Below, in pieces: positions 46,000 through 57,600 of a stretch of DNA of 64,000 bases. The notes under the pieces are model-generated. The model saw only the letters and a list, made by a program, of their open reading frames with translations. It had not been told where the DNA came from and did no database searches. The stretch spans positions 32,612,001-32,676,000 of the forward strand of contig OZ281495.1 in the NCBI GenBank assembly GCA_965637545.1, in the 5' to 3' direction. How positions within the stretch are numbered: position 1 is the stretch's first letter; every line of letters begins with the position of its first letter. Position numbers and translations under genes: made by a program. The DNA comes from Phallusia mammillata. Taxonomy: Eukaryota.

Positions 46000-47613
46000 T
46001 GAATAACCCAACTAGCTTGTTGCATAACTTACAAGGAATGACTGTGACATGTTGCCTGTGTTCCAATTATGTTGTCACAATGCGTTTGACCCCTGACACC
46101 GAACCGGACAGGACAAAACTTTTCCTTAAAGTTAACTCGACGGAAATAGACAAAAACGTGTCTCGAATCACACATGATTCAAAACAATTCCCTTTAATAG
46201 AAGGGTCTTTCTGACTATGACGTAATAATGTCAGATATGAGATCACCATGCGCGTGTGTCAGTTAAGAGATTTGCAGCCTCGTTGCAAAATAATAAGGAA
46301 ATTTTTAAAGCAAGATATTACTTCTGATTTCTGAGACAGATTTTTAAAAAATTACAGTCATTGCTCCTTTAAAATTCTAACAAGCTTTACAACTTTTGAA
46401 ACTAAATAAAATTCTTTGTTCACTATTGCAATAAAATTGCAAAATATATTTTCTAATAATCTGACTCTGCCAACTGATTTGTGCAACAGCAAAGTTAGCA
46501 AACAAATTAACGCAATGTAAATGTCAACTTCTAGTGGGCGGTTTCTGCTACAGACTGGACGTTGGGTAACTGTGTCCACGCTTCGCTTGCTCGCTAACTG
46601 GGTCATGTTTTATTGAGGGTCTGCCTTTTGTCACGTCACGAACGGTTGCTCAGTTGCGCAAACAATGGCCCAAGTCGGTTACCGCTGGTCATTTCGGTCT
46701 AATGGAGAAAGTTGAATAGGAAATTTCCCCTGGCGGTTACATTAGATTAGACCTAATTGGCCCCATTATGAATTAAATGTTTTGTGAATATGTTTTACGG
46801 TGTAGCATAATCCTATTTATTAATTGGTTTACAACAAGTGACTGAAATTTTTAAGTTGAAAAAACGTCAGGAATTGCAGCGCGTTCAACAATTATCCACC
46901 AACTGTACCCGACACTTTTTTGCGCTCCATAACGTTTTAAAGTTGCGAAGCTTTTTCCGGCTTGGTGATTGTTTTAGTGCTATTGTGTCGCTATGTTCAC
47001 CAAACGAAATAAACACATGTTACTCCAAAAAAAAAATAAAGTTGTCTTTCATGATTTTGTAGGACATGCTCAAACAGCGAAATTTGTGGATCCAAATAAA
47101 CTTGCAAGTCTAAAAATAGAGTAGTTTTCGGCAAACACTGCTTGCCAACTTCTGTGAGGAAAGAAATTTTGCAACCCCATCCAAATATTTGTCTACAACC
47201 AGTAAGCCGTTACGTTAAAGGTTCATAGTGTAGATAAAATGGATTAATAAAGTTCAGGTCAAAAAAATCTATAATGGTTCTGTAAATGATATGCAAATAT
47301 ATTTTCAAATTTGCCATTATTGGTATTTATTTAAGATTAGATAAATAATATTTCGGCGAAATCATGGAGCATGACAAGCGTTGCTGTGGAAACCGGTTAC
47401 GACACGCTCGAGTAACTGCAGTTTGATTTTTTACTGTTAGATCAAACAATGTGATGTTTGTTTGCTAATAATGCAGTTTTGTTTTAATTACTTTTCCCGC
47501 TTTTTACAATTTCTGCTTCCTTTTGCTTACATTACTTTAGCAAGGCCGCATTGTAACAAACATCAGTAATAGTTTAAACTACTTGATAAGGGACAAAAAT
47601 GTTATCACTAGAG

Positions 47614-48155
47614 CAGGGGTGTCCAACCTTTTTGACCGAAGGGCCACATGCGGTTTACGAATGATTGCGCAGTGTTTACTGCTAATTTGTAATCTTAAAA
47701 TGGCTGTCCATGTCCACTTTTCTTAGAATATTCTGTTAGCGTTATTTGCTTTTCGGTTCTTATTTGGCATAATCTACATCACTGCAGAGTGCTGAAGATA
47801 TTTCACTGCTAAATGCTTTTTACGCGAGTCTCTGATATGATAACAGATGAACCTCAATAAGGCAAGAAATATTTCTGACTGACTGACTCTTGAAGCAAGA
47901 CATAACAATGCAGAAAATGTGATGCGTAACAATGTGCATTGTGACGTAATAAAAGTAACTTGAACAGTCGTGTATTACTCTGTTAACAAACAAATAAGGC
48001 AAACAATAAATGCCAATCCTCGGCATGTAAATCGCCATAAATTGGGCAGGCGTTAAAGTTCATAGTATAAGTTATTTCGAAAAATACCGCGCAGGCCACT
48101 CAGAACCTTCCTGCGGGCCTAATGTGGCCCGCGGGCCACGGGTTGGACACCCCTG
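47614..48155. mobile_element. hAT MITE ~480 bp upstream of the dynein ATG
   Basis: Perfect 15-bp TIR CAGGGGTGTCCAACC; exact TSD CACTAGAG. Confidence 0.9.
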
Positions 48156-48248
48156 CACTAGAGTAAGCAAGCAACACTTACTGAGCAATCAATGTTAAAT
48201 TGCAGTTTACCAAGCCTTCAGAATAAGCAAAATTGATTGTATGCACCA

Positions 48249-48655
48249 CTGAAACTTATTTTCAGTTATTGCTTTACTTTCCATATTTCTGCTATTTGTT
48301 TTGCAAGGTAATATGTTACTGATTTTTATTTCATTTCGCAAAATGTTTTTTTGTGCCCAGCATGTTTGAATCAATAAAATACGGATACCCAATGATAATT
48401 AATGACTAACACTGAAACTTATGTAAAGTTATTCTTTACTATCCATACATTTGTAATTTTATTTTGCTTTTAAAAGTAATGTTTCATTACACCCAGCATG
48501 TTTAACTTAATGAGATATCGATACTCAGTGATAATGACCAAACTGAAACATATGTAAAGTTATTCTTTACCATCTATGTATTTGCTATTTATTTGCAAGT
48601 AATGTTTTATTTTACTCAGCATGTTTAAATTAACGAGATATGGATACTGATGAAA
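48249..48655 (+). repeat. Three diverged tandem ~130-160-bp units; the last contains the dynein start codon
   Basis: Units start with CTGAAAC at 48249, 48412 and 48543. Each ends ...CAGCATGTTT...AT(ACG/ATC/ATG)GATAC. Confidence 0.75.
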
Positions 48656-51600
48656 GGTTGAAGTGGTTGGAAACAAGAATTTCCTCGTCTCTGAGACCGA
48701 GAGCTGATGAATTGCGAGGAATTTTTGTGAGAGATGAATCTCGTGCAACATTGATTGAATTCTTTTCAAATGATGAAGCTCATCATCTGTTTGTGTTCTT
48801 TGCATCTGAGGAAAAGGGTGGAGGTCTGAAAGTGTCACTAAATGCGCCAAAAAAGGTGATCAGTTTTCTATACTTTCTATAATTTTTGCGCAACCTGCTA
48901 ATAACAAAATTTACGACATTTTAGATCTAAAAGTTTACCAGTGATAGTGTTTTTGCCACTTGCCAGGCATATTTCATGTTATTGATTCCGTTATTTTTAG
49001 GATTAAACAATTTGATAATTTTATAATACATTAAAAATGCACAACCAAAGACATGAATCTTACAAAAACATTTTCATCATTCAAAACAGTTGGCGATATG
49101 TCAAAATAGGATTGTACTGTTTTACTTTTGAAAAAATTATTTGATCACTTTACAGTAAAAAAATGATTTCAGCATAAAAACATGAGCTTTAACTGCTTTA
49201 TCTCTATTTACAATTCTCAGGTGATTGAGAAATGTATTTGTTTTGTAAAAACTGGTTCAGCATCTCAACTTCATGCTGGAAACTTTGATGACGGTCTCAC
49301 ATGTCTCGATTGGTCCCATGCTTTACCACATGGAGATATATTTGTGAGGTAAAGATGGTTAACATGTATTTAGTTAAGTTTCTCGATGCATTCCGGTATG
49401 GTTTGGCTATGTATTTTTTTAATGACATGAAACTTAAACTGTTTGTGAGGTCAAGATTGTAATAAGTTATGTCTGATGAGGTATTTGTGTGCAATTTATC
49501 AAATTTAGATAAATTTTGGCTTAATTTTCTTTGCTGCATGTTTCTTCTAATAATTTTTATCATCAACTTTTATCACTAAACTAATATATAACTGAAACAA
49601 TTCACAGATAAGTGTGAAAAGTAAAGGCAAGCAATTATTACAAATAACATACATTAACCAACAAGTTTATTTTGATCATAGTGTCCATCAATGCTTTTGC
49701 TTGTTTGTGTAACTTTTTAACAAAGATAGTTGCATTTGAAGTAAACCGAATTCTAATTTAGACACTTGATATTCAAAATTTTGCAACAAATAGAAGAAAA
49801 CATTTTAATATCTTTGTTACTACTTTGTACGCATTTGATTAAAAAAAGAGATATTGTTTAAACTAGCTTTTCATATTAATGTTTTTCACAGGGATATTCT
49901 TCTGCCATTGTTGTGCACAGACACCGATCTTCTATCATCAGATCCAGGTCTCACGATCACGTCGGATAAACTCATGGACATTCTTCACAGGTTGCTAGGC
50001 AACATTGAAGTTTCACGTGGAGTAGCTGAAGGAAAGGTGCAACCAGATTTAAATTATTGACCTAATACTGTTGCTCAATCTTTACACCGTAGTCTTCCTT
50101 ATGTCTGTGGTAAAAATCCTGTGGCAAAATTTTACCTGAATGTGGTTTTTGAGCCCAAAATTTGTAAAATACCATAATGTGCATTTTTGTATGCTGCAGA
50201 TGTAAAAAAAATTTTGCTGTTATAGCATGTTATCAAATTGTGTTTCACTTCATTTTGATCATGTCTTTATACCAATCAATAATACTTACTTTTGCCATTT
50301 CTCTCCTTGAATTGTTGCTCATTTTTATTTTGTACATTTTTTGCATTGTGTCCAATATAAACAGTCAAACAATGGTTGGTTGTTGACTCTCTGCCCAAAG
50401 CTGCAGATAAAAAAATTTCAGCATTTGTAATTTACCAAAATTAATGAAATATGTTTACCAAAATATAAACATATAACCGTTGTTTGTTTATTTAGGTAAC
50501 CCTTGCACTTCCGTGCATTGAAGTCCTGGCTGAGGCAGCAGCATTCGACCAACGACAACCAGCAGTTATTCATGTGTTGGAATCAGCTGTGGTGGGTTGG
50601 ATTCGCCAAATCAAGAATGTTTTACATCACGATGCTCTTGCAGCTACAATGTAAGTTTATCTGAACATTATGATATGTCATTTAAGTATGCAAGTGTTAC
50701 ACAACACAATCAATGAAAGGTTTTCTGTAGAGCAACTAACAAGTGGATATATTTTAAAGTCTGCTATTCACAGAAGTAAGATAATTTGCTGAATAAACGC
50801 AGTTGCCTTCACGTTTACATGTGGGTAACTTAGCTTACAACAACTTTTTTGGCACAAGGTGTTACATGGTGTGAGAATAGGGCAAAACAATGCGGATAAG
50901 TGTACATTAGAAGTTTGGGGCCACTTACCAGAATCAAAGATGTGTGCCTGCGACAACAGCTTATTATTGCAAGCAGGGCTGCCAACGAGAATTTCAACAA
51001 AACCCAAGACTCACAGCCAAATAACCCAAGAATGCAAAATGTGGTTAGAAATGCAATTAATTAGCAAATTTACTTGTTTCATTGACAAATATTTGACAAT
51101 TTACAGTCCGGAAATGCGACTTTACAAACTTTTGGTAGGAAATGGTCAATGCAAGCAAAGGGAATATTATGTTCAATAAAATATGCAGCAATCGCCAGTT
51201 CACTCTTGGCTGTTTGATGATCATCATCTGTTTTCTTTTTCATAAAATTAGTAATGTCTACAGTATATTTAAAAGCTTTAAAACTTCTTTGATGGTTCGC
51301 AGTTTTTATGTTTAACGAACATTGATCTATTTGCATTTTTAAGTGTAACGATTGCTTTCACTGTATACTTATCTAGAAAGAATTAAGGTCTAGAATAGAG
51401 AGAAAATAAAATAAAAGGGCCCAAACAGTGCAGCTACCCGAAAAACTTTTCTCGTTAAAATAGTTCTTACATATATCTATTTCATCAATAAGACTCAAAA
51501 CCCAAGAATTGCTATAATTTTCAAAATAAAACCCAAGAACCCAAGACGTCAAGTAAAAACCCAAGATCTTGGGGCAAAACCCAAGCTTTGGCAGCCCTGA

Positions 51601-54600
51601 TTGCAAGTAGTATTATCGAAAAATTCCCCCGTGCAATAGACTGAAAGTGAAAAGCCGTATCATGCAAAACAAATGCAAATATTATTAGTTTCGTATTACC
51701 AAGTTTCGGTTTCAGATCTCGTTCAGTTTAACGCCATGCAAACTAAAATTCACAAAGTAGGTTTTATTTGTTTCAGTCAAATCAGCAAAGAAGAAAACGA
51801 ACCAATCCGACCTCACCACGAAATCGCGATGTGGAACCAATACATTGGACACACAACCTCAATACTGCAACAACTGGAAGGTTTTAACAGCACTTACGTT
51901 ATCAGTTTTCGATGTTACCCTATGACTAATACTGTTTAATATTCTTGTTAAAACCGTCATGTAATAAGTATTTATGCACTGTTGTTTGAAATGTTGTGCG
52001 TTGTTCTTAAGCAAAACAATCATTTGTTTCTTGAATCAAAACCTCTGCTCAAAGGCATAATGTAGATTGTTCCTACCGGTTTTACTTATGCAAGCTGTTT
52101 TTTTAAATAATAACCCAAAGGTTGAACCTTGATTTCTCGATTTGCCCTACGTTATTTATTTGACTGCTCCCAATTTATTCAACAACATGGTTCGTTAATT
52201 TTCTTAAAATCCTGCTCCACAGCGCCAGTAGCGTCGGACATCCTGATGAACTTGAGCCACGCTAACAGCACTTACGCGCAGTCGTTCGGCGAAGTTCAAG
52301 CTGAAATCGTGAGAGCACTTGACGAGGCAAAAGCACGTCTCCGCTGTTTCGAGACTTTGTTGCCATGGATACAAGATATGTACCGCACGTCATCGGTGGA
52401 AAGAATGTTGAAAGGTGAAAAAACTTTGTCACAATCACCTGTGTGTATTTTTAAGCATTGTAGCTAATTTTACCCAATTACTCTGAAAAATTGGATGATA
52501 AAAAAAATGTTTTATTTAAATAAAAGGGTGCCTGGCTTTATTAGGATTTCTTATAAATAACACCATGACTTTCAAACACTACATATGGATCTGTTTATAA
52601 GTTTAATGGTGAAAACAACGGCCCAATAGACGTAAAAGCGATAAAGCATATAGCATGTCGATTTTTACGTCTATATGGGCGGTTAGTTTCAACATTAACG
52701 CTGTGCAAATCCAATAAATTACTTTAAACCATCTTTAATACGTAACTGGTGATGGTAAACATATAATTTTTGTAGTGTTTCCCGCATTGCTACACACTGT
52801 CCTGTTGATTTGGAAGCACTCAGATTATTACCACGATCCAAAACCGTTTGCTCAGCTCCTTAAGATGCTTTCTAACGAGGTGAGACACTTTTCATGAAAC
52901 TTGGCTTATTCTGTGTCCAAACACAAAACCATATGTGGATCTGATTTTGAACTTGATTTTGAAGTGAAAACACCATTATTCACAGAAACTTCGCCATAAA
53001 GTATATTTACACTATACAAGCTCTGTGGCAATTTTTTTAATCATGTCCTTTATCAGTTAAAAAAGATAGCTTATGTACTCACTGCATAATTCTTAAATAT
53101 ATAATTGTTTTGATTATCAAAAAACTACCACAGTCATGTTTGTGATTAAAAACACGTATAGTTTTATAAGGTGACACACTTTATTTGTTAAGTATTTTTA
53201 CAACTCTTCGTGTCATCATCAGTATGTTTATCGTGTTCAGATTTTGCCTGCTTACAATTTTCACTTATTTATTGCTCCGTGTCTTCAGATCGTTGCACGG
53301 GCTCGCAGTCTTGTAGGGGACAACCCCTTCGACGATACTCAGCGTTCGTACAAAGCACTGAAAGATGCGCTGAGAATTTGTGCGGCTTTCCGAGGAACCT
53401 ACTTAGATTTCAAGGTGAGATTCGTTACAACATCACAAAGCAGCATCAATGAGCTTTTAATAATATTTGTCTATGTCATGTTGTAGAGTTGGAAGGGTTA
53501 ATAATAATTGTGCCCGAGGTCCGGTTAATTGCAGGATTGTTTTTTTTATTTGGGACTGCTTTTCAAAGTGCAACAAAACTTAGTTTGGAAAAACGATAAA
53601 TTTATTTAAGAACCACCGCTCTGTAAGTTTCCCGGATGTTACCTATGACATCACATTCACACAGGAAACTGCAAACAATTACAACCGAGAGAAAGTGGAG
53701 TCAAGCGTCATAACAATGGCGCGGTTACGACCCAAGGATAAAAACGTTCTCTTCCGAACTAGGATGTACGGACCTGCAGGGTATCAGGAGTGGCTGTCCA
53801 GATCGGGACAGAGAGAGGAGTCTGAAGGTACGGATCTAAGACAAGTTTCGTTTTACAATCAGTTCCAACATTTGTTCATTATGTCTCGTTCACATTGTTG
53901 CTGGAACAGGCGACTTTGCTTAAATTACCTGTTGAAAAATAATTCGAACATAGACATTGCTCACAATGTTAATCAGTGTACAGGAAGCTTGTGTGTATGC
54001 CCAGACACATTGCAAATATAGAAAACATTGCTGTAGTTTAACAATTTCACAAATGTCTTCCTTCTGTAAAATGGTTATCCAAGTTAACTTTCATGTAGCA
54101 TCTTCACTGAAAAGTCGAGGATTTACTGCAGGTATGTGATGGAATGCATGTCATAGAAAGAATATTTAGTTGTCTACATAACAGGATCAACTTCTACAAA
54201 AATATTTCTTCTGAACTTTGTTATTTCTTCGATTTACAGAAAAAAAAGTCTTTTTGATTTAAATGTCTTAGCATTAGTAGTAAAAATGGATATAAGAGCA
54301 TGTAACAAAAAAATGATTTCTTCTGATTGATTTTCTTCGCACATATTCCGAATAGTAAAAGACAAATTTTACTTTGTCGTGCAACAAGACCTACACACGA
54401 TCTTAGATTAAACCCATTTGCGTGTTTCCAAAACAACACGTTCGAAATTCCAATCAAGGTCAAATGCATGGTTTTAGTTAGATCTATGTAGTATACAGCC
54501 TAAACCCTTAGAGAAATATAAAAGCAACATGTTTTGACTTGCTAGCTGAATCAGCTCTTTAATATTTATTTCATAAAGTTATTGTTTTACCACAGACGAG

Positions 54601-57600
54601 GCTGATCATTGGATAGATTCACCCTGGCCTGCACGCAACACAAAATGCTTCATGGGTCTCAGTCGTTTCGTCGAGCGGTGCAACGATCTTCTGGACCTCG
54701 TCGAAACGACACGACATTTTCTTACACTTGAGGAGGCGGCACGGATTGGTGGAGCTGGGTCACGAGCTCTTGACGCACTGATAGCCGACATTCACCAGGT
54801 AGATTGAGGTTTTGCTGAAGTGAAAATTTCAAGGTAGTTTGAATATATGAGATGAAATTTACGCACATAGTTCATACAGCCCAAATTGTGGAGACAAGAA
54901 TGCAACAAAGTAGCTTGGTTATTACACAACTTTGTTGCCTCCGTTAAGCGAAATATTCCTGTTAACTCATACAGCACTGATTGGAAAATTTATTGTGCCC
55001 ATCAGGTGAAGCATTTTTCTAGTTTTTTTGCCTGAGACGCCGTAACGGTGACACTGAGTTTTGAAACATTAACACTTCGACTTTGCTTCAAATCTCTTTA
55101 CTTCGTGCCAGGAAACGTCACTTGAAAAGTGTTTGTGTTTTGAAAACAAAAGAAACTCTATTCGCCGCAAGGTCAATAGGACAGGTTTACAATGACCCAG
55201 ATCGTGGGAACAAAACTAAACAAAGTAGCTAGATTATTGCGAAACTATGTGATAATCGTTAAGCGAAATATTCCTGTTGGGTTTATACAACCCTGTAGAT
55301 TCAGAATTTTCTGCAAATCAGGTAAATCATTTTCCTAGTTTTGTGCTCTCTCTCTCCGTAACGGTGACACTGAGTTTTGAACCATTAACCCTTTGATCTT
55401 GGTTTAAACCTCTTTACTTTTCGCAGGTTTTCACTCGAACCATTCGGGATTTCACGAGTCGAAACCGGGACGTTCTCACCATAGATGACCGACATCATTT
55501 CGAGACTTCCTTCTTCAGATACAGATCAGTGATAAAAACTCTGGAGCATCGGCTTGCTGGAGTGCTGAGAAGCGCAATAAGGCTTTGTCCCAACGCTATG
55601 TCACATCTCAGGCAAATTACCTAATGTTGTTTTCTTCTACTCTGTTGGTTGTTAGAAAATGTTTCATGCAGATAGGCACAATTAATACATTTACTGAGAA
55701 ACATCAATTGGAAGAGTATGGTTATAATAAACTGTACAGATGAATTTGGAAAAATTTCATACTGCTTAGCAGCATGGGATCATGAAGTTGATCTGTTTTG
55801 TATATGGTGCATCTTCGTAACAAATTTCTTCAAAATAGACTGAATGCATGGCATAAATAAATTTCTTAAACTAGCACTTTTGACTGTGGCGCAATTAAAT
55901 AAATATTTAAAGTCATCTTTGCCTGAACTAAAAATTTTTTTACCCACAGAGTATTGGAAGTGTTCGAAGGAATAAGCGCTCGCGAACTCTTGCAGAAAGA
56001 ACTTCAAACTGAGAACCACTCCCTCATATTGTCACTGACACAAGAATTCAAATCTGTCAAAACCATGTTCGAATCATCCATGCATGACGTTCCACATCAC
56101 GTCAACACTCCCCCGACTGTCAGCAAACTAATCTGGGTTTGTATTATGACGTCACAGTGACGAAACTTCTGAAATGACGTCACAATGTTTAGATATGTAG
56201 CGTCTCACTTGGATGAGATATTTGTCTTTTGTTTTTTGTCACCGCAGTTATGACGTATTATTTGTTGTTTGTGACGTCACACTAACAAATATCCAAAATG
56301 ACGTCATAATGTTTATGTTTTCTATCGTCCCACTTGGAAGGGATGTTTTCTTAACATTATCTTCTGTTACCTGTTATCGTATTTATGACGTAACACTTGT
56401 CGATTGTGACGTCACAGGTGCGTGGCATGAAGGAGCGCGTAGGATATCCGATGACGAAAGTTCGTCAAGTTTGTCCGCACGCGCTCGAGAGCGACATCGG
56501 GTGGCAGCTTCGCGACGCTTTTACCGAAACAATGAACGAGTTGGAGAAATACGAGACGAGATTGCTCGTGTCGTGGGCGAAAAGTGTCGACTCCGATCTC
56601 AGGTAAGCGATCATATTTTGGTTTATTGACAAGTTTGGGTTCTGCTTTGCACAGTGCGAGACTAGGGAAGAAGAGTAGTTTAGGTTTTCCGAAATTTTTA
56701 GGAAATAAATCTCATGTTTGCGATCCTTTGAATGATTTAAATACACTTCGTTTTATACACAGTCCCTTAAATGATGGACACTCTTTTGAAAGGTAAATGA
56801 AAAACATTGACATATAACCAGAAATACGAATCAGAACGTTTGCTGATGCCACAATGGGAAAAATATGTGTTGTGTTAAATATATTCATTCGCCTTTCATA
56901 AGTGTTTGTGCCAAAATAAATTGAATACGAATATCAGTTTTGTGTTCATAGTTTAAAACTAGTTATGTGTTCATTAAATGTATTCCTATACTTGCAGGGA
57001 GAGATTGAAGCAACCCGTGCTGGCCACTGAGCCGCTGGAGGCCGCCAGAGGGCAGAGCGATTCTCGATTATGGAACAATCCACAATCGGCGCGCGAATCG
57101 GTGTCAAACGGAGGTGGGACCGAAGTTGGGTCGGAAAAGGGGCGAAGGGGATTCACCGTATCGGGGTTGAAAGTGAACCTCGACCCCAAACTCCTTGAAA
57201 TGTTGAGAGATGTCCATCACTTGCAGAGATCTCCTCATGATGTGAGTTGAGTGCGGAGTACATTACTCGCATAAAAGTCGAGTAACTTTGACCACATTTC
57301 GAGTAAAATAACACTAGACAGTCACCAAAGTTTGGTTGTTCCTGCAAATCATTCACAGTAAATTATGGTAATTCAAGTTTTAACAAGTTGTGACTGATTC
57401 TACAACTTAAATATATGCAAACCATAACACCTTTGTATGCATTCTTCCTGCATGTTGCTGCATAAAAGAGTTTTCAAAATACAGTAAAACTCGGTTAAAC
57501 TGGATTCGGTTAATCCGGATCTTCGCCTTATCCATACAAAACTCGAGGTACGAATGATTTGTAATGTGGTAAGGCTTGAACTAATCGACTTCCGTTAATT

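Noticed and set aside
36260-53230. Other CTGATGA matches (36260, 43944, 49473, 52242, and minus strand near 53217)
   Set aside because: No correctly spaced helix II plus GAAA and NUH, so they are not hammerheads.
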